Positions 20,140 to 29,980 of a DNA stretch of 32,000 bases are shown here, piece after piece. Position numbers and translations under genes: made by a program. This stretch comes from Bacillus subtilis subsp. subtilis str. 168 (GTDB taxonomy: Bacteria; Bacillota; Bacilli; Bacillales; Bacillaceae), in NCBI RefSeq assembly GCF_000009045.1, contig NC_000964.3, positions 1,650,001-1,682,000 of the forward strand, written 5' to 3'. The notes under the pieces are model-generated. The model was not told where the DNA came from. It made no database searches and saw only the letters and a list, made by a program, of their open reading frames with translations. Every line of letters begins with the position of its first letter. Positions within the stretch are counted from its first letter, which is position 1.

Positions 20140-21129
20140 ATGAGCTTTTTTAAAAAATTAAAAGAGAAAATCACAAAACAGACAGATTCCGTATCTGAAA
20201 AGTTTAAGGATGGCCTTGAAAAAACAAGAAACTCCTTTCAAAACAAAGTGAATGATCTTGTATCCCGTTACCGTAAAGTGGATGAGGATTTCTTCGAAGA
20301 GCTTGAAGAGGTTCTTATCAGCGCGGATGTCGGTTTTACAACCGTTATGGAATTAATAGATGAGCTGAAAAAAGAAGTCAAACGCAGAAATATTCAAGAT
20401 CCAAAGGAAGTCCAGTCAGTGATTTCTGAGAAACTGGTCGAGATTTATAACAGCGGAGATGAGCAAATTTCAGAACTGAACATCCAGGATGGGCGTTTAA
20501 ACGTAATCCTTCTGGTAGGTGTAAACGGCGTCGGGAAAACAACAACGATCGGAAAGCTTGCTCATAAAATGAAACAAGAAGGAAAATCTGTTGTACTTGC
20601 CGCCGGAGACACTTTTAGAGCGGGAGCCATTGAACAGCTGGAAGTATGGGGAGAGCGTACAGGAGTGCCTGTCATTAAGCAGACGGCAGGAAGCGATCCG
20701 GCGGCTGTCATCTACGATGCTGTTCATGCTGCGAAAGCAAGAAATGCCGATGTATTAATTTGTGATACGGCAGGGCGTCTCCAAAACAAAGTAAATCTCA
20801 TGAAAGAGCTTGAAAAAGTAAAACGTGTTATCGAAAGAGAAGTTCCTGAAGCTCCGCATGAGGTGCTGCTTGCCCTTGATGCCACGACCGGCCAAAATGC
20901 AATGGCTCAGGCAAAAGAATTCTCTAAAGCAACAAATGTTACCGGCATTGCTTTAACGAAGCTTGACGGTACGGCAAAAGGCGGTATCGTCCTTGCGATT
21001 CGCAACGAGCTTCACATCCCGGTTAAACTAGTCGGTTTAGGAGAAAAAGTTGATGACCTTCAGGAATTTGATCCAGAATCCTATGTGTACGGACTCTTTT
21101 CAGATTTAGTGGAAAAAGCCGACGATTAA
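20140..21129 (+). CDS. ftsY: Signal recognition particle receptor FtsY
   Basis: 329 aa. SRP GTPase motifs GVNGVGKTTTIGKLA, DTFRAGAIEQL, DTAGRLQNK and TKLDGTAKGG. Confidence 0.98.
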   Translation: MSFFKKLKEKITKQTDSVSEKFKDGLEKTRNSFQNKVNDLVSRYRKVDEDFFEELEEVLISADVGFTTVMELIDELKKEVKRRNIQDPKEVQSVISEKLVEIYNSGDEQISELNIQDGRLNVILLVGVNGVGKTTTIGKLAHKMKQEGKSVVLAAGDTFRAGAIEQLEVWGERTGVPVIKQTAGSDPAAVIYDAVHAAKARNADVLICDTAGRLQNKVNLMKELEKVKRVIEREVPEAPHEVLLALDATTGQNAMAQAKEFSKATNVTGIALTKLDGTAKGGIVLAIRNELHIPVKLVGLGEKVDDLQEFDPESYVYGLFSDLVEKADD

Positions 21130-21133
21130 GAAA

Positions 21134-21163
21134 AAGGCCCCAACATCTTGGGGCCTTTTTCTT
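21134..21163. terminator. Bidirectional intrinsic terminator between convergent ftsY and ylqB
   Basis: AAAAAGGCCCC...GGGGCCTTTTT stem around AACATCTT, T-rich on the plus side and A-rich (minus-strand T) on the other. Confidence 0.88.
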
Positions 21164-21165
21164 TT

Positions 21166-21651
21166 TTATCTTCTTACTTGATAGGCGAAATGATAAAGGC
21201 TGTTATCAGTGGATACCAGTCTTGACTCACCAGAAAAAACTCTGAATGGGATGATGTCATAGTAATGAACGGAAACAGATGTGTAATACGTATAGTAACC
21301 AGCAGCTGGCCCCAAATACATTGGAACCTCAAATGTTCCGTTTGCATCAGTCGTTCCTGAAGCAGTTTGTGTTGTGTTTCCGACCTTCGTGTCCGCTTCA
21401 AATCTTACGGGCGCGTTTGGCACTGGCTGTCCGTTTTGGTCGAGTAATTTGCCGCTTACTGTAATATTGTACTTGACTCGCCAATATTGACCTTGTCCGT
21501 AATTGATTTTACCGTATACCCCTCCATCTGTGCTGATATTTGTGATTGAGGCCTTATAAGGTGCCTCAGCAGCGTCTGCTTGCTGTGCCGGGAAACCTAT
21601 TGTAAACAGGGCTGCCAGACATAACATAAACAATAAACCGATTTTTTTCAT
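21166..21651 (-). CDS. ylqB: Secreted protein of unknown function YlqB (signal peptide plus Ig/transthyretin-like domain)
   Basis: 161 aa from MKKIGLLFMLCLAALFTIGFPAQQADAAEA (signal peptide). Body includes VSGKLLDQNGQPVPNAPVRFEA...ASGTTDANGTFEVPMYLG. RBS AAGGAGGAT on the minus strand. The ORF track start at 21684 is probably an extension. Confidence 0.85.
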   Translation of the reverse strand: MKKIGLLFMLCLAALFTIGFPAQQADAAEAPYKASITNISTDGGVYGKINYGQGQYWRVKYNITVSGKLLDQNGQPVPNAPVRFEADTKVGNTTQTASGTTDANGTFEVPMYLGPAAGYYTYYTSVSVHYYDIIPFRVFSGESRLVSTDNSLYHFAYQVRR

Positions 21652-21754
21652 AAAAATCCTCCTTAAAATAGGGTTCATATACAATATCGGAATAAATTGG
21701 ATGATATTTAGCGTATTTTGGAAAAGTTAATCGCCGCTTTGACAAGATAAAAAC

Positions 21755-21783
21755 TTGACAGTGTCATTAAAACCGTGTAAACT
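21755..21783 (+). promoter_or_regulatory. Sigma-A promoter of ylxM-ffh
   Basis: TTGACA (21755-21760), a 17-nt spacer, then TAAACT (21778-21783). Confidence 0.75.
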
Positions 21784-21827
21784 AAGTTATCGTAAAGGGA
21801 TTTGACTTAACAAAGGGGAGAGCTCAA

Positions 21828-22160
21828 ATGTCACTCGAAAAGACAACGAGAATGAATTATCTGTTTGATTTTTATCAGTCGTTGTTGACGTCAAAACAGA
21901 AGAGCTATATGTCGCTTTATTATTTGGACGATTTCTCCCTAGGCGAAATAGCCGAAGAATATGAGGTTTCAAGACAAGCTGTTTATGATAACATCAAACG
22001 AACAGAAGCAATGCTTGAACAATATGAAGAAAAGCTGCTCCTTTTGAAAAAGTTTCAGGAGCGTAAAGAGATGTTTAATAAGCTGAAGGAGCTTGCTTCC
22101 GGTTCAAAAGAAGAGGAAGAAATTACAGCTCTGATTGAAGCGCTTGAGAAATTAGATTAG
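21828..22160 (+). CDS. ylxM: YlxM, sigma70 region 4-like HTH protein encoded next to ffh
   Basis: 110 aa. [35 protein letters not shown] helix-turn-helix. Immediately upstream of ffh. Confidence 0.92.
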   Translation: MSLEKTTRMNYLFDFYQSLLTSKQKSYMSLYYLDDFSLGEIAEEYEVSRQAVYDNIKRTEAMLEQYEEKLLLLKKFQERKEMFNKLKELASGSKEEEEITALIEALEKLD

Positions 22161-22173
22161 GAGGCGGCAAACT

Positions 22174-23514
22174 ATGGCATTTGAAGGATTAGCCGACCGA
22201 CTGCAGCAGACGATTTCTAAAATCCGCGGAAAAGGGAAAGTCAGCGAACAAGATGTAAAAGAGATGATGCGTGAGGTCCGTCTTGCGCTGCTTGAGGCTG
22301 ACGTTAACTTTAAAGTAGTCAAGGATTTTGTCAAAAAAGTAAGTGAACGCGCTGTAGGCCAAGACGTCATGAAAAGTCTGACGCCCGGCCAGCAGGTCAT
22401 TAAAGTTGTTCAAGAGGAACTGACTGAGCTGATGGGCGGCGAAGAGAGCAAAATCGCCGTCGCAAAAAGGCCGCCGACTGTTATTATGATGGTCGGTCTC
22501 CAAGGTGCCGGTAAAACGACAACAAGCGGTAAGCTTGCGAATCTGCTGCGCAAAAAGCATAATCGCAAACCGATGCTGGTTGCTGCCGATATTTACCGCC
22601 CAGCCGCAATTAAGCAGCTGGAAACACTCGGCAAACAGCTTGATATGCCTGTTTTCTCTCTTGGCGATCAGGTCAGTCCTGTAGAAATAGCTAAACAGGC
22701 TATTGAGAAAGCCAAGGAAGAACATTATGACTACGTCATTTTGGATACGGCAGGGCGCTTGCATATCGACCATGAACTGATGGATGAACTGACCAACGTC
22801 AAAGAAATCGCGAATCCGGAAGAAATTTTCCTGGTTGTCGATTCAATGACCGGTCAGGACGCTGTGAATGTTGCCAAAAGCTTTAATGAACAGCTCGGTT
22901 TAACCGGTGTTGTGTTGACTAAGCTGGATGGAGACACACGCGGCGGGGCTGCGCTTTCTATTCGCGCTGTCACAAACACGCCAATTAAGTTTGCAGGTTT
23001 GGGCGAAAAGCTTGATGCGTTAGAGCCGTTCCATCCTGAACGCATGGCATCAAGGATTCTCGGCATGGGCGACGTGCTGACATTGATTGAAAAAGCACAG
23101 GCCAGCGTTGATGAAGACAAAGCCAAAGAGCTGGAACAAAAAATGAGAACGATGAGCTTCACATTGGACGATTTTCTGGAGCAGCTCGGGCAAGTCAGAA
23201 ACATGGGGCCGCTTGATGAGCTTCTGCAAATGATGCCGGGTGCAGGTAAAATGAAGGGCCTGAAAAACATCCAAGTTGATGAAAAACAGCTGAATCATGT
23301 GGAAGCAATCATCAAATCAATGACTGTTCTTGAAAAAGAACAGCCGGATATTATCAATGCCAGCCGGCGGAAGCGGATTGCAAAAGGAAGCGGGACATCC
23401 GTACAGGAAGTCAACCGTCTGCTTAAGCAGTTTGATGAAATGAAAAAAATGATGAAGCAGATGACAAACATGTCAAAAGGCAAGAAAAAAGGGTTTAAGC
23501 TACCTTTTATGTAA
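22174..23514 (+). CDS. ffh: Signal recognition particle protein Ffh
   Basis: 446 aa. GLQGAGKTTTSGKLA, DTAGRLHIDHELM and TKLDGDTRGG motifs, with a Met-rich M domain. Confidence 0.98.
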   Translation: MAFEGLADRLQQTISKIRGKGKVSEQDVKEMMREVRLALLEADVNFKVVKDFVKKVSERAVGQDVMKSLTPGQQVIKVVQEELTELMGGEESKIAVAKRPPTVIMMVGLQGAGKTTTSGKLANLLRKKHNRKPMLVAADIYRPAAIKQLETLGKQLDMPVFSLGDQVSPVEIAKQAIEKAKEEHYDYVILDTAGRLHIDHELMDELTNVKEIANPEEIFLVVDSMTGQDAVNVAKSFNEQLGLTGVVLTKLDGDTRGGAALSIRAVTNTPIKFAGLGEKLDALEPFHPERMASRILGMGDVLTLIEKAQASVDEDKAKELEQKMRTMSFTLDDFLEQLGQVRNMGPLDELLQMMPGAGKMKGLKNIQVDEKQLNHVEAIIKSMTVLEKEQPDIINASRRKRIAKGSGTSVQEVNRLLKQFDEMKKMMKQMTNMSKGKKKGFKLPFM

Positions 23515-23553
23515 TCGGTTATACATGATAAAACCGTTGTTAAGAAAAAACAC

Positions 23554-23582
23554 TTTACAAACACTTTTATCATTGTTAATAT
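23554..23582 (+). promoter_or_regulatory. Sigma-A promoter of the rpsP operon
   Basis: TTTACA (23554-23559), a 17-nt spacer, then TAATAT (23577-23582). Confidence 0.7.
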
Positions 23583-23595
23583 ACTATCTTGTTGA

Positions 23596-23891
<296 letters not shown>

Positions 23892-23892
<1 letters not shown>

Positions 23893-24137
23893 TGACTGAT
23901 CAACACTTGGAAGATTTGATTGTCCACATTGTGACGCCGCTTGTTGATCATCCAGATGACATTCGCGTCATAAGAGAAGAAACCGATCAAAAGATTGCGC
24001 TGCGCTTATCTGTCCATAAGTCAGATACCGGTAAAGTTATCGGAAAGCAAGGCCGGACTGCAAAAGCGATTCGAACAGCTGTATTTGCAGCTGGCGTACA
24101 GTCTTCTAAGAAAGTTCAATTTGAAATATTTGACTAA
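23892..24137 (+). CDS. khpA: KH-domain RNA-binding protein KhpA (YlqC)
   Basis: 81 aa. GKVIGKQGRTAKAIRTAVFAA is the KH GxxG motif. Start overlaps the rpsP stop (TAATG). Confidence 0.93.
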
Positions 24138-24171
24138 AAGGGAGAGGGCCGGCACCTCCCCTTTTTTTACA
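24135..24171 (+). terminator. Intrinsic terminator after khpA
   Basis: AAAAGGG(A)GAGG...CCTCCCCTTTTTTT stem with one bulged A, followed by a T run. Confidence 0.75.
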
Positions 24172-24258
24172 CGCAAAAAAAGGGTAAACTGATAGAAGCT
24201 TAGGCAAAATAGAAAAGCCTGGACGAGTAAAAGTTTTAAAAGCGGGGAGCTTGGTGCG

Positions 24259-24645
24259 ATGCAAATTATTCACCGTGTAGCCGTTATGCAAGTCTTAACC
24301 GAGCGCAGTAAAGAAAAGCTTTTAGCTTCTTTTGCTGAGAAGAAACAAATGCTTGAACGAGAATGCAGCCAGCTCTATTTTCAGCTTAGAAAACATGAGA
24401 AAGAACAGCAAAACCCTAATATGATTGAACAATTTAAAAAGGCAATAGAAAAGCGAAAAGATGATATAAAAATCATTGATTTTCAAATTGCTCAAGTACA
24501 TACATTGCCGCTTGGCAGTGAGTTGAAAGAAAAGGAAGTCGATGCGCTGCTGACGATTGAAGCCGGGGATGACTGGCATGAGAAAACAGCAGCGAACACC
24601 ATCGTCATAAAAGACGGAAAAGTAATTGAAATTCGCCAGAGGTGA
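24259..24645 (+). CDS. ylqD: Conserved protein YlqD (YlqD family, coiled-coil)
   Basis: 128 aa [36 protein letters not shown]. Upstream GGGGAG RBS; positioned between khpA and rimM. Confidence 0.88.
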   Translation: MQIIHRVAVMQVLTERSKEKLLASFAEKKQMLERECSQLYFQLRKHEKEQQNPNMIEQFKKAIEKRKDDIKIIDFQIAQVHTLPLGSELKEKEVDALLTIEAGDDWHEKTAANTIVIKDGKVIEIRQR

Positions 24646-24649
24646 TCAT

Positions 24650-25174
24650 ATGACAAAGCGATGGTTTAATGTAGGCAAAATCGTAAATACCCACGGAATC
24701 AAAGGCGAAGTGCGGGTGATTTCAAAAACAGATTTTGCCGAAGAACGATACAAGCCGGGAAACACGCTGTATTTGTTTATGGACGGCCGTAACGAACCAG
24801 TGGAGGTAACGGTAAACACACATAGACTGCATAAGCAATTTCATCTCCTGCAGTTTAAAGAAAGACAAAACCTAAATGAAGTAGAAGAGCTGAAAAACGC
24901 AATCATTAAAGTTCCTGAAGAAGAATTAGGAGAGCTGAATGAGGGTGAATTTTATTTCCACGAAATTATTGGGTGTGAAGTATTTACTGAAGAAGGCGAA
25001 CTCATCGGAAAGGTCAAAGAAATTTTGACGCCTGGAGCCAATGACGTTTGGGTCATCGGACGAAAAGGAAAAAAAGACGCACTCATTCCTTACATTGAAT
25101 CAGTGGTTAAACATATCGATGTCAGGGAAAAGAAAATTGAGATTGAACTCATGGAAGGGTTAATAGACGAATGA
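24650..25174 (+). CDS. rimM: 16S rRNA processing protein RimM
   Basis: 174 aa from [24 protein letters not shown] (RBS AGAGGTGATC). PRC-barrel C-terminus. Confidence 0.96.
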   Translation: MTKRWFNVGKIVNTHGIKGEVRVISKTDFAEERYKPGNTLYLFMDGRNEPVEVTVNTHRLHKQFHLLQFKERQNLNEVEELKNAIIKVPEEELGELNEGEFYFHEIIGCEVFTEEGELIGKVKEILTPGANDVWVIGRKGKKDALIPYIESVVKHIDVREKKIEIELMEGLIDE

Positions 25175-25902
25175 AAATCGATTTTTTGACGCTGTTTCCC
25201 GAAATGTTTGAAGGCGTGCTCGGCTCATCGATTCTTCAAAAAGCCCAGGAAAAAGATGCGGTGCAGTTTCAAGTCGTAAATTTCCGAGAGTACTCTGATA
25301 ACAAGCACAATACTGTTGATGATTATCCTTATGGCGGCGGGGCAGGCATGGTTCTCAAGCCCCAGCCTGTTTTTGACGCGGTCGAGGACCTGACATCAAA
25401 GGCAGCCGCTGCTCCGCGTATTATCCTCGTATGCCCGCAAGGTGAGCGTTTTACCCAAAAAAAAGCCGAACAATTAGCTAAGGAAGAGCATTTGCTGTTC
25501 ATTTGCGGCCACTATGAAGGCTATGATGAACGCATTCGCGAGCACTTGGTAACGGATGAAATATCAATTGGCGACTTTGTTCTGACGGGCGGTGAGCTCC
25601 CTGCAATGATGATCGCAGACAGTGTGGTCAGACTGCTTCCGGGTGTACTGGGTAAAGAGGCTTCCCATATTGAGGATTCCTTCAGCACCGGACTTTTAGA
25701 GCACCCGCATTATACAAGACCGGCAGATTACAAAGGTTTAAAAGTGCCTGAAACACTCTTGTCAGGAAACCATGCAAAAATTGAAGAATGGCGGAATAAA
25801 GAATCGATCAGAAGGACCTACCTAAGACGTCCGGATCTGTTGAAAGACCACCCGCTTACAGAGCAGCAAAGAAAGTGGATTTCTGAATGGGAAAAAGAAT
25901 AG
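25171..25902 (+). CDS. trmD: tRNA (guanine-N1)-methyltransferase TrmD
   Basis: 243 aa [22 protein letters not shown]. Knot motifs [12 protein letters not shown] and [15 protein letters not shown] overlap with rimM. Confidence 0.97.
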   Translation: MKIDFLTLFPEMFEGVLGSSILQKAQEKDAVQFQVVNFREYSDNKHNTVDDYPYGGGAGMVLKPQPVFDAVEDLTSKAAAAPRIILVCPQGERFTQKKAEQLAKEEHLLFICGHYEGYDERIREHLVTDEISIGDFVLTGGELPAMMIADSVVRLLPGVLGKEASHIEDSFSTGLLEHPHYTRPADYKGLKVPETLLSGNHAKIEEWRNKESIRRTYLRRPDLLKDHPLTEQQRKWISEWEKE

Positions 25903-25908
25903 ATTTTA

Positions 25909-25937
25909 TTGCATAGGCTATGAAATTGTGATAAGAT
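25909..25937 (+). promoter_or_regulatory. Sigma-A promoter of rplS
   Basis: TTGCAT (25909-25914), a 17-nt spacer, then TAAGAT (25932-25937), just before the leader. Confidence 0.65.
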
Positions 25938-25942
25938 ACTAC

Positions 25943-26389
<447 letters not shown>

Positions 26390-26401
26390 TGATAACGAAC
26401 G

Positions 26402-26437
26402 AAAAGAGCTTGTTACCTGTAACAAGCTCTTTTTTTA
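26402..26437 (+). terminator. Intrinsic terminator of rplS
   Basis: Perfect 14-bp stem AAAAGAGCTTGTTA / TAACAAGCTCTTTT with loop CCTG and a T7 tail. Confidence 0.93.
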
Positions 26438-26445
26438 TACAGAAT

Positions 26446-26474
26446 TTGAAAATGCCGGACAGGCATCGTAAAAT
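26446..26474 (+). promoter_or_regulatory. Possible sigma-A promoter of rbgA-rnhB
   Basis: TTGAAA (26446-26451), a 17-nt spacer, then TAAAAT (26469-26474), in the gap after the rplS terminator. Confidence 0.6.
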
Positions 26475-26531
26475 ACATAAAGGACAACAATGAATCATGC
26501 ATACTGAAGATAAAGGCGGTGTTCGTGTCAC

Positions 26532-27380
26532 ATGACAATTCAATGGTTCCCGGGCCATATGGCAAAAGCAAGAAGGGAAGTAACCGAAAAATTAAAATTA
26601 ATCGATATCGTATATGAATTGGTAGATGCCAGAATTCCAATGTCATCAAGAAACCCAATGATTGAAGATATTCTAAAAAACAAGCCGCGAATTATGCTGT
26701 TAAACAAGGCTGACAAAGCAGATGCGGCAGTTACACAGCAGTGGAAAGAGCACTTTGAGAACCAGGGGATCCGCTCTCTGTCTATTAATTCTGTAAATGG
26801 ACAAGGGTTAAATCAAATTGTGCCTGCATCAAAAGAGATCCTCCAAGAAAAATTTGACCGGATGCGTGCGAAAGGTGTGAAGCCGAGAGCGATTCGCGCT
26901 TTGATTATCGGCATTCCAAACGTCGGAAAATCAACGCTCATCAACCGGCTTGCAAAGAAAAACATAGCAAAAACGGGAGACAGACCTGGTATTACGACTT
27001 CTCAACAGTGGGTCAAAGTTGGGAAAGAATTAGAGCTATTAGATACACCGGGAATTTTGTGGCCTAAATTTGAGGATGAGCTTGTCGGTTTGAGACTGGC
27101 AGTCACCGGGGCTATTAAAGACTCGATTATCAATTTGCAGGACGTGGCCGTGTTTGGTCTTCGTTTTCTCGAAGAACATTACCCAGAACGGCTTAAAGAG
27201 CGTTATGGCCTTGATGAGATCCCAGAGGACATTGCCGAGCTGTTTGATGCAATAGGTGAAAAGCGGGGCTGTCTCATGAGCGGTGGGCTCATCAACTACG
27301 ATAAGACGACTGAAGTCATCATTCGCGATATTCGCACTGAAAAGTTCGGCAGGCTGTCATTTGAACAGCCGACGATGTAA
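26532..27380 (+). CDS. rbgA: Ribosome biogenesis GTPase RbgA (YlqF)
   Basis: 282 aa [17 protein letters not shown]. Circularly permuted GTPase motifs [19 protein letters not shown] and DTPG. Confidence 0.96.
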
Positions 27381-27450
27381 AGGCGCGCAGAAATGCGGGT
27401 CTTTATTTTTTCTTGGCTGAACCGATACATACAGTAAGGGAGAAGAGAAA

Positions 27451-28218
27451 GTGAATACATTAACCGTAAAGGACATTAAAGACCGTTTGCAGGAAGTGAA
27501 GGATGCACAAGACCCATTTATTGCCCAATGCGAAAACGACCCGAGAAAAAGCGTTCAAACGCTTGTAGAGCAATGGCTTAAAAAGCAAGCGAAAGAAAAA
27601 GCGCTGAAAGAACAATGGGTGAATATGACTTCCTATGAAAGGCTGGCAAGAAACAAAGGATTTCGCTTGATTGCAGGTGTTGACGAGGTCGGCCGGGGGC
27701 CATTGGCAGGACCAGTTGTCGCCAGCGCAGTCATCCTTCCAGAGGAATGTGAAATACTTGGGCTGACAGACTCCAAAAAGCTTTCAGAGAAAAAACGCGA
27801 GGAATATTACGAGCTTATTATGAAGGAAGCACTGGCGGTCGGGATAGGAATTGTAGAAGCTACTGTGATTGATGAGATCAATATATATGAAGCTTCAAAA
27901 ATGGCAATGGTGAAAGCGATACAGGATTTGTCGGATACACCTGATTATTTGCTTGTTGACGCAATGACACTTCCGCTCGACACGGCTCAGGCGTCAATTA
28001 TAAAAGGCGATGCCAAAAGCGTGTCTATTGCGGCAGGTGCGTGTATCGCAAAAGTGACGAGGGACCGAATGATGAGCGCTTATGCCGAAACGTATCCCAT
28101 GTACGGCTTTGAAAAAAATAAAGGCTATGGGACAAAAGAACATTTGGAAGCTCTCGCTGCATACGGCCCAACTGAATTGCACCGCAAAACTTTCGCTCCT
28201 GTTCAATCTTTCAGATAA
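27451..28218 (+). CDS. rnhB: Ribonuclease HII
   Basis: 255 aa with GTG start and RBS GGGAGAAGAG. AGVDEVGRGPLAGPVVASAVI signature and DSKKLSEKKREE. Confidence 0.95.
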   Translation: MNTLTVKDIKDRLQEVKDAQDPFIAQCENDPRKSVQTLVEQWLKKQAKEKALKEQWVNMTSYERLARNKGFRLIAGVDEVGRGPLAGPVVASAVILPEECEILGLTDSKKLSEKKREEYYELIMKEALAVGIGIVEATVIDEINIYEASKMAMVKAIQDLSDTPDYLLVDAMTLPLDTAQASIIKGDAKSVSIAAGACIAKVTRDRMMSAYAETYPMYGFEKNKGYGTKEHLEALAAYGPTELHRKTFAPVQSFR

Positions 28219-28249
28219 ATCACCATGGACAAGGAGGCACCTTTTTAAA

Positions 28250-29980
28250 ATGAACATACGAAATGATGTGCAAAAGGCGCTGCAGCACCTTTTCGGGCGT
28301 ACAGCCGTCCCGCAGGAAACATCAAAAGTAAACGAAGCGCTAAACGGGGAGAAGCGTCTCCTCTTAGGAAAAGTGCTTCGTTTACTAGGAGATCAGCATG
28401 CCCTGATCCAAGTCGGCAATCAAACTGTTCAGGGAAAACTTGAAACTCAGCTTCGTCCTCAGGCATACTATTGGTTTTCCTACGAAAAAAAAACGGCAGA
28501 GCAAACAGGCCGTCTTCAGGTCGTTCAAAGCTTTGATCAAAATCCTAAAACCATTCAGGATGCAGCTGGCAAACTTTTAAATGCTATTTCAGTGAAGACG
28601 TCAAACGCAGCTCTCATGATGACAGGAGCGATGCTGAAAAGCAAAACACCCGTAACAGAAAATGATATCAAAACAGCTGTCCGCTGGATGGACACGCTGC
28701 CTTCGCAAGACACAAAAAAAGCAGTTGAAACGGTTCTCTTCGCTTTAAAGCGTGATCTTCCCATTCACTCCGAGATTTTGAATGGTGTTCACGCTGTGAA
28801 ATCGCCTGTTCCGTTGCATCAGCACGTATCCCAGCTGCTACAGGCAATCGACCAAAACCCTCAGCAGAGCCAAATGATGTCAAAGCTAAAGGAAGCAGTC
28901 ACGGTGCTTTTAAATAGTGAAATCGATGTCCATGCAGAACGGCTGATTGATAAGCTTATTTCTTTAACCGACAATACGAAAGCACCTTCTCCGACGAATA
29001 CAGCTGGAAGCAGGGAGCTTAGCACACCAGCTGGCTCCCCCGGAAAAGCCAGCCTGCCGATTGCAAATCACACAGCAGAACAGGGAAGCATACAAGAAGA
29101 GCCTGTTAAAACAGCAGCAGACATTCCAATTAAAGAAGCCCGCCAGCTGCTGGTGAAGCTGACGGAATCTGCTGAAAAAAACAGTCTCCAAATTGTGAAA
29201 GAAGCAGCAAATTGGATTAAAGCGGCTGCTTCATCGGGTGATAGTAAGTCACTTGCAGCTTCAGCTGTTTTACAGGCGGCACAAGTCACAGATCAGGAAG
29301 CCGAAGTCTTTTTAAAGGCTGTTCAGCAGACAGCACCCCATTTGGCGGATAAGGCAGATGTTCTTTCTTTCTTATCCAAAGTGAAAACGGCAATCGGCGC
29401 AAGGGACGAGGTTGCGTTCATTAAAGCGTTTGAACAAGGAAGCGCAGTCACATCTGGCGAAATGCAATCCATCAAGCTGGCTCTTTCTGCCTTAAGAGCA
29501 TCGCATGAGGTAGCCGAACCAGTCAAACAAGAAGCCGATCAGCTTTTTCATAAATTAAATGGCCAGCTTTTCATGCAGCAGGACCATCCATCATACAGCC
29601 AAATTGTAATGTCATTTCCGATGTTTTCGAAGTCAGGGGTTCAGGACATGACTGTTCTGTTTAAAGGAAAGAAAGAAGCGGATGGAAAGCTTGATCCTTC
29701 CCATTGCCGCCTTTTGTTTTTGCTGCAGCTTGATACACTAAAAGAAACCGTCGTTGATTGCTTGGTACAGCAAAAAGTCATGACCATTACAATAGAGACT
29801 GATTTCGAGCTGCAGGCTGCGATCGATCCGATGGTGCCCGCGCTTAAACAGGGGCTAAAGGAAATGGGGTACAGCCTTTCAGGGGTAAACGCTAAAAAAA
29901 GGGTTCACACCGAAGAAAAGGCTTCAATCGATCAATATATAACAAGTATCAGTGATCAGGAAGTGGATGTGAAAATATGA
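28250..29980 (+). CDS. ylqG: YlqG, conserved protein of unknown function; C-terminus resembles FliK hook-length-control C-terminal domain
   Basis: 576 aa from MNIRNDVQKALQHLFGR with RBS AAGGAGGC. Low-complexity middle (GSRELSTPAGSPGKASLPIANHTAEQG) and C-terminal CRLLFLLQLDTLKETVVDCLVQQKVMTITIETDFELQAAIDPMVPALKQGLKEMGYSLSGVNAKKR. The upstream frame from 28082 overlaps rnhB and was rejected. Confidence 0.85.
   Translation: MNIRNDVQKALQHLFGRTAVPQETSKVNEALNGEKRLLLGKVLRLLGDQHALIQVGNQTVQGKLETQLRPQAYYWFSYEKKTAEQTGRLQVVQSFDQNPKTIQDAAGKLLNAISVKTSNAALMMTGAMLKSKTPVTENDIKTAVRWMDTLPSQDTKKAVETVLFALKRDLPIHSEILNGVHAVKSPVPLHQHVSQLLQAIDQNPQQSQMMSKLKEAVTVLLNSEIDVHAERLIDKLISLTDNTKAPSPTNTAGSRELSTPAGSPGKASLPIANHTAEQGSIQEEPVKTAADIPIKEARQLLVKLTESAEKNSLQIVKEAANWIKAAASSGDSKSLAASAVLQAAQVTDQEAEVFLKAVQQTAPHLADKADVLSFLSKVKTAIGARDEVAFIKAFEQGSAVTSGEMQSIKLALSALRASHEVAEPVKQEADQLFHKLNGQLFMQQDHPSYSQIVMSFPMFSKSGVQDMTVLFKGKKEADGKLDPSHCRLLFLLQLDTLKETVVDCLVQQKVMTITIETDFELQAAIDPMVPALKQGLKEMGYSLSGVNAKKRVHTEEKASIDQYITSISDQEVDVKI

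Noticed and set aside
20140-23514. ftsY and ffh sharing long similar GTPase segments, considered as a recent duplication
   Set aside because: They are the ancient paralogous SRP GTPases (receptor and particle protein) with distinct N/X and M domains, not a recent repeat.
28082-28249. N-terminal extension of ylqG to 28082
   Set aside because: It would overlap rnhB by about 137 nt in another frame. A strong RBS (AAGGAGGC) precedes the ATG at 28250.
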